Shown here: positions 1 through 11,290 of the stretch, in pieces
Numbering within the stretch: position 1 is the first letter of the stretch
Layout: each line of letters starts with the position of its first letter
Origin: Tubulanus polymorphus
Lineage: Eukaryota > Animalia > Nemertea
DNA: 64,000 nt
Assembly (NCBI RefSeq): GCF_964204645.1
Contig: NW_027437450.1
Span: 42,001 to 106,000 of the forward strand
Direction of reading: 5' to 3'
Position numbers and translations under genes: made by a program
Notes under the pieces: generated by a model
Databases searched by the model: none
Told to the model about the DNA's origin: nothing
The model's input: only the letters and a program-made list of their open reading frames with translations

Positions 1-1306
1 CTACCCGCTGGGTCCGCATGGTTGGATTTTCTTTCATATACCAATATCAAACACGCTGATATACTTACCTTTAACTCCAGGTTAAAAGGCAAAAAAAACA
101 ACAACATAACCTTGTACTTACGTTAAAGTTTGACAATTGCATGCGATCAATAATAGTTTTACCTATACCTAAAGAAATTCTCAACTCAACAGTTGTTATT
201 TTCACGATTAGTGTAAAACTATTTTTTTTTACAAACTGATAGAATAAGGTTCCTGATCACTCCAGACAATTTTCAACTACATTCCAAAGTTATCGTACTG
301 GTTTACTGATTTACAAGTGCGACTGAGCCAGAATTGTTCGCAATAAAGATACTCTAATTTACACTTGCTGTGGATTCGACTAGGATGACACAACTTCACG
401 CGAGACATGACACAAAAAAACATTGTTAAAAAAAGCTCAAAACGTTTTTCAGAATGTTTTTCGGCGAGCTTTTGATTAAGAATATCTATTGCATTTTGCA
501 AAACGACCCGGCCGCTTAGGAGAAACAATGTATCATTTTCTAAGCCTAATGGTACGACTATGCTGGAGATATGCGAAATTGAAAGTATTTCGCTATTCCT
601 CATAAAGAATGTCGGTCTTCGAGATGAGTTGAATGTTATGAGGAGAGGATGACGATAGGGATTTCAATTTTGTAATATGTACGGTTTGATAAGATATTGA
701 TTTCAATATTTCATTCGGTTTTGTTTTTTAGAATATGAAATTAAGTATATTTTCCGATGAAGTTTCATTTTCGCCACCTGCCCTGCTGATGATTCATATT
801 TCCGTACTTTCTCTTGAAAGTGGCATTTGATTACCAGATCGGTGGGTACGTTCTCCGGAGAGAGTATATTATTGATTTACACTCTGGCAGTCATCAGAGG
901 CGCAGACAACAGCGAACATACAGAACTTTGTACGTCCAGTAAAGTCTGTGGTTTAGCTACACGATCAGGTATTTTCACAAACACAAGACCGTCAGATTAT
1001 AAAAGCTTACCATCAAACGATAGGGTAACTATCTAATGTTTTCGGAGGTTGAGGCTAGAAATATTTTCAAAAGCAATGTGCGGTACTTTTGTCTGAAATC
1101 ATCGAAAACTATATTTGAATTACTTGTATGGCCGCGATGAGGACTGATGCAGCAACCGACGCGGTCACATGACGTCACGTGTTTATTCTAAAAATAAGGC
1201 TTAAAATACGCTGATTGTAGGTTTTCATAGAAATTAGCAGTTTACTTCTTTATGATTTGTCGTTTGGTGTCACTGCAGATTTAACATATCGAACGCTATC
1301 GCCACG

Positions 1307-2347
1307 ATGAAGTCGGTCATCGCATTTTTGTGTAAGTATTTTATATTATAGAAATACTGCGATTGCGTGAGTAATTCTCGACTAACCCCTATTTTGTGAT
1401 AACTTGTGGTTGGATTTTTTTCAAGTTGTAGCAGTTCTCGGTGTCACGTTCGCGAGTTACACGGCCGAATATTACCTGAAAACGTGTAAACATCATTGCA
1501 TCACTGAATCAAATAAAATTTCTCATCACAGATGGAGGAATGTGCTGTTACGACAGTGTGAAGGGTACGTTAAGTTTTCTAGTCGGCATTTAGTAAAATA
1601 TCTCAGACGTGATCGGGTGTACACCGCTTTAATCGCTAATTCCTTATGAGGCAAGCCATAGGCAACAACGGTTACCGGGCTTAGACTCGAACCCCGACAT
1701 TCCCATGCGTTAGTTCCCGTAGTATATTTGTATTTTGTATCTAGGGCCAGTAGCTAACTATTTTTGAGATGGCGTTTTGAATTTCGATCCGTCTGCAATG
1801 TCGGTCGCTGAAAAATAAAGTTTTAAATGCCTTTTTCTGCTGCTAGGTGGCGCGCTGGGTCCATCCAAGGGTAAATAGTATATTATGTACATATTGTGTG
1901 AGCCCAGTTTCTTAAGTTTCAAAGGCTTTAATGACCGTTTACATAATTAATTGCAAATACTGTTTTTGTCCTCCATGGAAATGGTTGGAGTGTAATAAAT
2001 ATTCGTAGTATCATCAGCATCGACCCCACTGTTAACGAATCTAAAGCAACTGAAAGACAGACAAGACGGACGGACAGTACAGGGTCTCAATGAAGCCCGA
2101 AAACTATTAACGCATCTATCGATATCTAGTTCTAAATTCTGGCTTTATATAACGTATTTGCGCAAAAATAATTTGTCTATAGATTTAGATGATGTTGAAT
2201 GAGATTTCTAATCACTGAATTTATATTTTCAGCGAGTGTAAGACCATCGCTCATTGTGTTATGTTGATCTGTCCGGTAGTGATGCAGACCCAATCTGAAA
2301 TGGATAAATGTATGGGGGATTGTCTGCGTATTTTTTCGCCATTTTGA
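1307..2347 (+). CDS. Secreted 8-Cys peptide, subfamily A copy 1 (A1), 92 aa
   Basis: Exons 1307-1331, 1426-1564 and 2233-2347, GT-AG introns in phases 1 and 2. Protein: MKSVIAFLFVAVLGVTFA-SYTAEYYLKTCKHHCITESNKISHHRWRNVLLRQCEGECKTIAHCVMLICPVVMQTQSEMDKCMGDCLRIFSPF*. Hydrophobic leader ending TFA; AATAAA at 2364 and 2383. The same structure recurs in 7 paralogs. Confidence 0.88.
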
Positions 2348-2611
2348 ATTTGCACCGACGTTCAATAAATAATGGCTTCGTGAATAAATGTTTTCTGAAA
2401 ATCGAAGACAATTGACAACCTTTTTCTCGTGTATTTTATACTAAGATGACACAACTTCAAGCGAGACAGGAAATATGACACAACTAACATTATTTAAAAG
2501 CTCAAAAGGTTTTTTTCTTAAAAATGAAACTAGGGTCTGAAGTCTTGGGAATCGGTCTGAAATGCTGTATAGTCTGACAACGTCAATATTGTTCGCCACC
2601 TGGCCAACAAT

Positions 2612-3281
2612 CAGGGCCGTATTTAGCCCTTTTTATGGGTAGGTGCGAATTTGTGGCAAAGCGGCACTGAATTCACAGCATGCCGCGAGCGCCGCAGGCA
2701 CGAAGCCATTTTAGGGGGTCTGGGTCCCCGGAAAATTTTTTAATTCAAGGTACTCTAACGTGTATTCTGAGGGCTTTCTGGATATCTTTCTTGTCTGACA
2801 TTTTCCATCATGTATACGGCAGAATCTAAATAATGTTATATAATATGAAAATTTGATTTAATGATCATCACCTCGTGAAAATGTAATCATTAAATTGCTT
2901 CCAACCCACAGAAAACTTATCTATGCAATTAAAAAACCTCAGATCGACTCATGTAGAAAATCAGCGACTAAAGTAACGTTTATTTTTTTTCAAATCATTT
3001 GCATTTGAGGAAATAACGTCCCGTGATCAAACATTGCACAGAATCATTCTAGGCGATAAGTTCCATGCTATCTTGATCTTTTGACTGATGCCTATAAAGA
3101 TCCTGGGATAACATACCTGTTTGGTAAAATTACCAACCACATAAAGTGTAGGACATACAAACATCACATAAGGCATGGAAAATATGAAGTAAAATCTTTC
3201 GAGGACAGGAAATTTAGCGGAACTCGAACTTTTGCGGGTAGGTTCGTTCGCACCCGTCGCCCCCCCCTAAATACGGCCCTG
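2612..3281. mobile_element. Non-autonomous DNA transposon (CAGGGCCGTATTT TIRs, hAT-like termini)
   Basis: TIRs cagggccgtattt...aaatacggccctg. The homologous flank at ~14880-14910 lacks the insert. No clean TSD seen. Confidence 0.7.
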
Positions 3282-4692
3282 ATTTACAAATATGTAATCA
3301 ACGAGCTTAAACTCGCCACTAACATACCGCTTTGAGATGGAATGTAGTTACAAAGTATGCATTTTTCAAAATCAGAAACACATTTCGAAATTTATCTCCG
3401 TAATCAAACCAACACCCAAATACATCATTCATTCATATTCCATGGATCTTCTAAACCGTACCCAAACAGGATCTACGTACTAATAATACTGTGCGAATTC
3501 TAAGTTGCCCAACGAGGCGCAGAGCATCCTCGCTTGCCAGGGTTTGATTTTCACCTGCCGAAACACACATCAACGCGAACCCTAGCCGTAAAACCTTCAT
3601 GATAACAACTAATAAAAGACCCGGGAGCCATAGAAATGAACTGATTAAGAATATCTATCGAAGTTTAGAAAAGGACCCGGCCGATTAGGAGATACAAGGT
3701 ATCATTTTTTTAGCCTAAGGGTTGTATGACTATGCCGAGATATGCGAAATTGAAAGTATGTATCACTTATTTCGTATAAAGATTGTCGGTCCCAAAAGAC
3801 GCGAATCAAGATGAGTTGGATGTACTAAGTGGAGTATATGGTAATAGGGATTTCAATTTAGTAATATGTATGGTTTTAAAGAATATCCTTTCAATATATT
3901 ATTCGATGATTTTTTAGAATATGAAATAAAGCATATTTTCCATCGTTTAATATTTCGCCACCTGCCCCGCTTAGGATTCGATTTCCGTAATACGTCATCC
4001 TAACGCTATTGAAAGTTGTATTTGATTACCAGATCGGTCGGTAAGTTCTCTGGGGGAGAGTGAATTATTGATTTACGCTCGAACAGTCCAGTCAAATTCA
4101 CTGTGTTATTCACGTTCGGTCTCTATCAACCACAGGCATCAGAGTCGCAGACGACAGCGAACATACAGATAATTGTACGTCCGTATAAAACCGTAAGTTG
4201 AATGTTATCGTAGTCAGTTACCTGTCTGTGGTTTAGTTTCACGATTGGATATTTTCAAAAACACCACCCGATTATAAAAGTTTACCACCAACGATCGGGT
4301 AACTAGCTAATGTTGTCGGAGGTTGGGGTAAGAGTCCAATGGTAAGAAAAATGTTCAAATGTTCGGTACCTTTGTCTAAAATCATCGAAAATTGTATTTG
4401 AATTACTGGGCGGTCTCGCTGATTCACGATAAACTGGCTTAACTTCAGCAAGAACGTACCTGAAATAAAAAGAATGATTTTATGCGAGGACAATGCACAT
4501 CGCAATAAATCTTTTGGTTATCAATACATGTCAAGTCAGCGATGTACCTGCATTGAGTGGTGCTTGAGTGGTATTTATCACCCTTTCCATATTTTTCTAT
4601 ATTATGTGATACATCAAATCATTCATCTGGCCTATTTTTAGTGGATATTACGATGGAAAACGAATGCTCAATCCAAGTAACTTAATCATCTG

Positions 4693-4829
4693 GGGCCAGT
4701 TCCATAGTCTTGGCTTAGACTTAAGACCAATCTAAGACCAACTTCGTTCTATAGCCAATCTAATGACTTAAGACCAGTCTTAAGATCTAAGACCACTTTG
4801 GACTTAAGTCACGACTGTTCAACTGGCCC
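4693..4829. mobile_element. PIF/Harbinger-like MITE
   Basis: gggccagtt...aactggccc TIRs with a 3 bp CTG duplication. Relatives at ~60560-60820 and ~63770-63880. Confidence 0.65.
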
Positions 4830-4991
4830 CTGCGGCCGGTCATATGACGCGTGTTCATTCTAAAAATCGAAACTTAAATAGGCTGCATGTAGGTTTTCAT
4901 AGCAATTAGCAGTTTAGTTCTTAATGATTCCTATAGGTGTCGTTTGGTGTCACAGCAGAATTAACATATCGAACGTTACCCTATCACCACG

Positions 4992-6192
4992 ATGAAGTCG
5001 ATCATTGCATTTGTGTGTAAGTATTTTATAATAATACCGCGATTGCGTGAGTAATTCCCGACTAACTCCTATTTTATGATAACCTGCGGTTGAATTTCTT
5101 TGATTTTGTGTTTTTTAAGTCGTAGCAGTTCTCGGTGTTACGTTGGCGAATTCCACGGCCAAATATTACCTGAAAAGGTGTAAACGATATTGCGTCGCAG
5201 AATCGAAAAACATTTCTAACCTCAATTTGAGGGAAATGCTGTTACGACAGTGTAAATCGTAAGTTGAGTTTTTCTAGTCGTCATTAGTAAAATATCTCAG
5301 TCGTAATCGCTTCCTTAATGAGACAAGCCAAATAGGCGACAACCGTTCTCGGGCTTAGACTCGAACCCCGAAATTACCACGGGTTAGTGTTAGTCCCCAT
5401 TGCATTTTGGATATGTTGTACCGAGGGCCAGTAGCTAAATTTTGTCGAGATAACGTTTTGTATTTGGACACGTCTATGTCGGGGCGCTGAAAAACGGCGA
5501 GTTTTAGTGCCTAGTTCTGCCGCTAGGTGTCTCACTGGGCCCATTCTGGTTTCTTAGGCATTGAAACAACATTTCATTTTCGACTCTTAACTTACTTTCC
5601 GAATTCCGTAAAAACTACTTAAATTCAAATACATTGCGGAACATTGATGTTTTAAAAAATCCAACTTTTAAACTGGCTCAATTGATCAAATAAGGTCTAG
5701 ATGTACATAGATCCCTCCGGTAGTGTGTGTAAATAGTATGTCGTAAATAACGTTTGTTACGTTTTAAAATACTTTTATTTCCGGTTTTTGTAAATAATTG
5801 AAAATACTGTTTTTTCCCCATATACCATGGAAATGGTTGGAGTGTAATAATTATTAGTATTCGTATTCGGTCTCATCAGGATCGTCCCACTATTAAAGAA
5901 GCTAAGCAGCTGAAACACAAACGGTCAGCACATAGACTAATGGTCTCATTGAAGCCCGAGGACCAATAACGCGTCTATTGATATCTAGTCATAAGCTCTA
6001 GCTTTAGAACTTAATTTGCGCGAAGAATAAGTTGATCGATGTTGAATGAGATTTCTAATCGTTGATGGAATTTATATTTCCAGCGTTTGTAAGACCGTCG
6101 CTCCATGTATGACGTCAAACTGCCCGGAAGTGACTCATTCTGAAATGGGTAAATGTATGGTGGAATGTCAGCGTATTATGGCATCAACTTGA
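4992..6192 (+). CDS. Secreted 8-Cys peptide, subfamily B copy 1 (B1), 90 aa
   Basis: Exons 4992-5016, 5120-5258 and 6084-6192. Protein: MKSIIAFVFVAVLGVTLA-NSTAKYYLKRCKRYCVAESKNISNLNLREMLLRQCKSVCKTVAPCMTSNCPEVTHSEMGKCMVECQRIMAST*. AATAAA at 6224. Confidence 0.88.
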
Positions 6193-7124
6193 ATTTGCAT
6201 CGATGTTCGAAAATGGATTCGTGAATAAATGTTTTTTTTTGGTGCAAATCTAAGGAATTCGCAACAGGTTTTGTCGTATATTTTGACTATGAATTATTTC
6301 ATTTTGTACTCTGACAGTTGTTTGGAATGGTTGGGATGAAATGTGTCATCGAAGGTTGTTTGTGGCCGAAAGTATAGGGCCCCGCTTCGGCTGCTGGTAT
6401 ACCCCATATCAATAGCAAATTTGCTGGGAATTTTTTGGGAACGAAATAATCCTTTCGTTCGAATAGTTAAACAGAGCCGAAACGATTTTCAATAATCTTC
6501 ATCATTTTTTTTAACGTAATAGTGTTTGAAACTCCTCAAAAACATTTGTAATTCTAACTTACCCTCTGGTATCTCCCTCTCTGGTCTCTGATCAAATACC
6601 TTCGATATAACACGGAAACAATCAAACAATGATTTCGATGAAATTCTTCTGAAAGATCTTAACAGCGTTATCTGCGTTAATGCAGAAAATCGACGGTCGA
6701 CTGTCCACTCACACGCGCTTTATGCCGAGCTCAACCGGTGGCCACGCGCGTATCTATGAAGATATTTTTACGAATGCAGAATCAAGAAAAATCCTCAGAT
6801 AAAACTATATCTTCAGTGAACAATTCTACATGATATCTCAAAAGATGTAATAGTTACAACCAATGACACAAAATTACCAAATTTTTGAGGCGCCTTCCTA
6901 AAAGTGACGTATTATTTTCGAATTGTAACTGTGTTCGATTGTTGCAGCCGAGAAAAATGAAATAACCTTTCTAACGATGTGTAACTTACTTTTTATATGC
7001 AAAAGGGGTGCGTGTGACAATAAATCGCGCTAAAGGTTTTAGTGTACAAACAGTTAAAATCTGTCTAACAATGCGGCACATGGAAAAAAAAACATCGAAC
7101 TTTCTAATAATGCCCTGTTTGTGG

Positions 7125-8081
7125 TTATTTGACTGGATTTCTACAGCGGATTTTCATACAGAAATATTCACGAATTTCTCGTCCCAGTAAAAGATATATG
7201 TAGAAATTGACCACGAAGTTGCCGACTAAAAACTGCATGAATATGTCGTGTAGGAAATCTCTCTGTTTCGGCGAAATTGGTAACAGCGAAATAACTGCTG
7301 ACGGGAGTAAAAATATCCCAAACGCGAGTGAAACTGTTACGAGCATTATTGTCGTACGTTTCGATCTCGTAGTTTTCTGATCGGACGAAACCATTTTTGA
7401 ACCTCTGAATAACTGAACTGTTGTAACCGAATTTGATGTTAGAATGAAAGATAACGGTACGATATGAATGTGAACGACTGTTACGGTGAAAACGATCATT
7501 TGGTCAGAAAGTTCGTAGTAACATCCACTAAAATAAAACTGGTTGGAAACGTACATCGACAAAATAGGCGTGAGGTACAGGACCAGTACATTCACTGCGA
7601 TAATTATGAATATAACAAATCTAGCGAACTTAGGTGTACATATCAAACGAGATGTGAACGGGAAGAGCACAACTGCCGCGCGTTCAAGAGTTATCGCTAC
7701 TATTAACCACGCGCTATTGCAGGCCGCGAGCGCCATTACAAATTCATAGATTTGACAACCGATCACCGAGTTAATCACGAATATTGGGCCGGTGTTTAGA
7801 CGCAATAGAACAAACTGTAAAACAGGCATCAGCGTTAGGCATTTACAGTATACGAAATCACTGGCAGACAAAACGATCAGATAGTTAGCGTAAGATAAAC
7901 CGCGGAATCGGCGACTTATCATTATCAGGAAAGTAGCCGAATTTCCGAACGCTCCGAACAGGAACACGACGGGTAGAACGACCAGTGACACGGTACGGTA
8001 GCCTCCAGATCTGTTCGCGATGGACATTAGAACGATGTGACTGTTATAAGTTCGGCCGATTTGCGTATGAGTAGAATTCAT
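7125..8081 (-). CDS. Intronless rhodopsin-family (class A) GPCR, 318 aa, orphan peptide-receptor/chemoreceptor-like
   Basis: Seven hydrophobic segments, TM1 GN, TM2 LSASD, TM3 Cys and ITLERA (DRY equivalent), TM6 Pro, TM7 NFYIY. Confidence 0.93.
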   Translation of the reverse strand: MNSTHTQIGRTYNSHIVLMSIANRSGGYRTVSLVVLPVVFLFGAFGNSATFLIMISRRFRGLSYANYLIVLSASDFVYCKCLTLMPVLQFVLLRLNTGPIFVINSVIGCQIYEFVMALAACNSAWLIVAITLERAAVVLFPFTSRLICTPKFARFVIFIIIAVNVLVLYLTPILSMYVSNQFYFSGCYYELSDQMIVFTVTVVHIHIVPLSFILTSNSVTTVQLFRGSKMVSSDQKTTRSKRTTIMLVTVSLAFGIFLLPSAVISLLPISPKQRDFLHDIFMQFLVGNFVVNFYIYLLLGREIREYFCMKIRCRNPVK

Positions 8082-8107
8082 GATTAATGCGGATCAAATG
8101 AGAGTAT

Positions 8108-8345
8108 CCTGACTATGTGTGAGAGTGCACTGACTGTCTGAAAATGTACTGACTGTCTGAGTGTGCACCGACTGTCTGAGAGTGTACCGACTGTCTGAGA
8201 GTGTACTGACTGTCTGAGTGTGTACTGGCTGTCTGAGAATGTACTGGCGGTCGAATAGTATACTGCTAAGTTCAGGAGAGTCAACTGACTGTCTGAGAGT
8301 GTACCGACTGTCTGTGGACTCTCTGGAGAGTGCATTGACTGTCTT
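8108..8345. repeat. ~17-19 bp minisatellite (gactgtctgagagtgtacc) just upstream of the GPCR start
   Basis: About 10 degenerate units; a shorter array lies at ~44848-45045 in the duplicate. Confidence 0.85.
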
Positions 8346-10089
8346 TAGATAGCTGATGTCTGTGTCACTGAAACTGACGTCTCGTGTATTGGACAATTAA
8401 TCTAACTTAAGTATAAAGAAATCATTAAGTCTTTATCACAGCTACGATTCATTTCCTAAGATCTATTGTTAACAGCGAGTAGAGAATCAATTCTCAGAAA
8501 TCTAACACAATTTACAGCAGTTTTGTGAATGTTTATTATATTTTGCAGAATATAAATGTAAATATAAATTGAATATGAATATTCGTTGTACGAGAATTCA
8601 TTGTAAATGGTGAAATAACTTTGAAAATATCTGGATAGGTTGGAAAATGTATAAACCAGCTCTTTGCAGGGAAATACACGTCAAAAAAGCATCAGAGTTC
8701 ATTATATCTAACCACATATGCTACGAGGCAGTGTTTCTGTGGTGGCGCGTTCACGCGACGTCATTTAGACCGGATTGAATTTGGTCCGGTCCAATTTAGA
8801 CCGGGCCAAGCAATCACACGGGCAAAAAGTACCCAAAACAGTACGGTGGCTAGCATCTGTAAACTGGTTTATTAAAAAATCGAACGTATACCACGATTCC
8901 AAATAGTACTACGAGAAAAACGATGTGTTCTCCAGAACCGATAGGTCATAATGCGGATTAATGGCCACAAGGACCTTTGGCTAGACATATACCAGACTGA
9001 CCTAATCTAGATAACCGTTTAAATTGGTTTGAGGTTGTTTGGAGGACACACCACGGTCATTTGATGGGCTGTTGAGTCTTTGGCCGTGAATAACCGTTGG
9101 AAGGTTTTTTTTAGCGTAGTTTAAATTATAATTAATTATAAGAAGCATTCGATTCTAACTTCAATATTCTGACGAATATATTCCACATGAATGAATCGGA
9201 GAGACCTTAGAAAGTTTGAATGTAGCAGAATTCACATCTGTAGGTATAAAGTCCGTAGTCCTACTTACGTTGATACGAAAAAAAAAACGATAAAACAATG
9301 ACTCGCTGGAGCATATACAACGGGTCGAACCTTTCGAGTGCCAAGCCAAACTGTGTAGTTTCAGCTGGAGGGTACTGAGAGTGCTCTCCCAGTAATTTAC
9401 GTCTGTTGACATATTGGGTCGGAAACAGATGAAATTCTTTTTTTTTCATCAAATCGCCTTTCCCCAGAAAACTTTTCCGCCCTTTCCTGCAATTTGACCT
9501 CATCGCACCAATGAGTTTTTAAGATTTCGATTGGTCTTTACCCGATTCCGGAAATCTCTTCTGACGCGTTTGATTTGACTAGACTATAACATCTCAATCC
9601 GGAATGGTAGAATCTGTAAACCTGACCTCGTCGACCGGTGGAGCGTTTGTCAGGTTTCGGTTGGTCTTTACCGATTCCAGAATGTAATCTTGATATATGC
9701 GGGCCGGTAGAGAATTTGTAATCCGCGAATTACTAGGCCCCTATTTGTAAAACGAATACGTTCGATCAAAACCTGCTTTTATGGGTGAATAATACAATAC
9801 AGTGAATAATACACTATCTAATGCTTGATGTGGTTATATGATTAGGATAATCCAATTAGCCAGAATGTTTAGTTTAATTGCTGTCAATGTCAATTCATAC
9901 TTTCAACAAGGACAACAACTCACCGTTTAATTCAGTTAAAACGGTTAAGTAAGGGTTATATGATAATAATGCATGATAATAAAAATGATATTGTATAATG
10001 AATTTCTTTCCTAGGTAGTACAAAACAAAAATACAGTCATTGTTATTACATAAAAGAAAACGAAAAAGAAATATAGCTGCAAAGCAGCG

Positions 10090-10680
10090 ATTATGGGTTT
10101 TCGGCAGAAAAGCACGAGATGCATTTGAACCGATGATTAGAAATTGAAAAAAAAATAAATTGGCGGGCATTCGAACATGACACAACTGAAGAAAATGTAA
10201 AGATTCAGCAATCCTCGAAGCAACCCTCTTCTTGCGTATCATCGGGTAGAATGGATGTTCCATCACCGTAGGTATGCGGGAGTACAGGATACCTGAAGGG
10301 ACATGCTGATTGCTAGTTGTCGATGCGAGTTGCGGTACTAGATTTCCGCCGGTGTTTGTCGTCTGACAAATAGTAATTTTAGGTTTGGAATATGATGGAC
10401 AGTACATACACAAGAATCTGTTCAGTTCAGAATGACTGTTATAATTCTACCAGGATACAACATTTAGAAACAGTTAGTTGTCGAATCTGATAGATGAATT
10501 TCATGTACGAAAAATGCGGAAAATGAATGATAATAATAATAATCAACAGAATTACAAAAACTAATTACTTCGATACTGAAAAAGCGTAGGAAAGAAAACA
10601 GGACAAAATGAGATCCCGAGGGGTATATTTTAAGAAAAAGCCAATGCCCTGGTGGAATGAGAATTGGACAGGAAAAACAA
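10090..10680 (-). pseudogene. Decayed class A GPCR relic
   Basis: Reading across frames on the - strand gives, in order, FVILLIIIIIIHFPHF (TM4-like), EQILVYVLSIIF (TM5-like), LAISMSLQVSCTPAYLR (TM6-like) and NLFFFQFLIIGSNASRAFL (TM7/helix 8-like), broken by stops and frameshifts. Boundaries approximate. Confidence 0.5.
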
Positions 10681-11220
10681 TTTTGGGATTGAAATTGATA
10701 GCATTTCACTTAAACCGCATAAACATCGCCAAAAAGACACGAACCAAGATGATGTGAACGTAGAGAGGGGGTATGACGATATGAATTTCAATTTTGTAAT
10801 ATGTTTTTATAGAATATTGATTTCGACACCAAAATCGCTGACGTTGCAGAATAAAAGATAGAATATATTTTTTTGCACTGAACTCACTGAAAAATACACG
10901 AATGAAGATTAGTCGAATGTTGAAAGGGGGTATGACGATAGGGATTTCAATTTTGTAACATATTTCTATAGAACATTGATTTCGACATCAAAATCGTTGA
11001 CGTTGCACAATATATGAAATAGCATATATTTTTGCAGCGAACTTCGATATTTTATCAACTGCTCTGCTTGGGATTCGAATTCTCGTAATTAACAATGGTA
11101 AAAACTCTTTGAAGCTATATTTGGTTACCGGTCGACTAGGTCTTTGACGAAATAACGTTATTATATTTGCACCCAAACAGTCTGTTAAAATACGCAACGT
11201 TATTTACAGACGGCCTATTT

Positions 11221-11290
11221 TGTATATAACCACAAGCATCAGATGCGCAGACGACATCGAACACACAGCGACGTGAACAGTCATCAAACC
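11221..11290 (+). promoter_or_regulatory. TATA box and non-coding first exon of peptide gene C1
   Basis: TATATAA at 11223, a block gcatcaga..gcagacgaca conserved in all subfamilies, and donor aaacc|gtaagt at 11291. Equivalent donors at 4193, 18004, 33522, 37160 and 41144. Confidence 0.6.

Larger units (their letters stand above)
1..9503 (+). repeat. Segmental duplication block (A, B, GPCR), homologous to ~36196-46170
   Basis: Colinear high identity from ctacccgctgggtcc (positions 1 and 36196) through the GPCR upstream region. A partial third copy lies at 20934-23586. Confidence 0.92.

Noticed and set aside
277-603. Recurring 108-112 aa ORF (also 21210-21536 and 36622-36960)
   Set aside because: It recurs only because of recent duplication, overlaps a MITE half and intergenic flank, and is not maintained in the more diverged units.
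2234-2245. ECKT in A1/A2 resembling the IEECKTS motif of Aplysia attractin
   Set aside because: Only four residues match, the motif is absent from B, C and A3, and the Cys number and spacing differ; insufficient for homology.
1900-2450. Possible - strand transmembrane protein remnant in the repeated units
   Set aside because: Stops and frameshifts differ between copies; the conservation is fully explained by the + strand peptide exon and its intron.
9895-10413. 172 aa ORF as an intact gene
   Set aside because: It has no coherent domain; the GPCR-like segments are spread over different frames, so it is treated as a relic.
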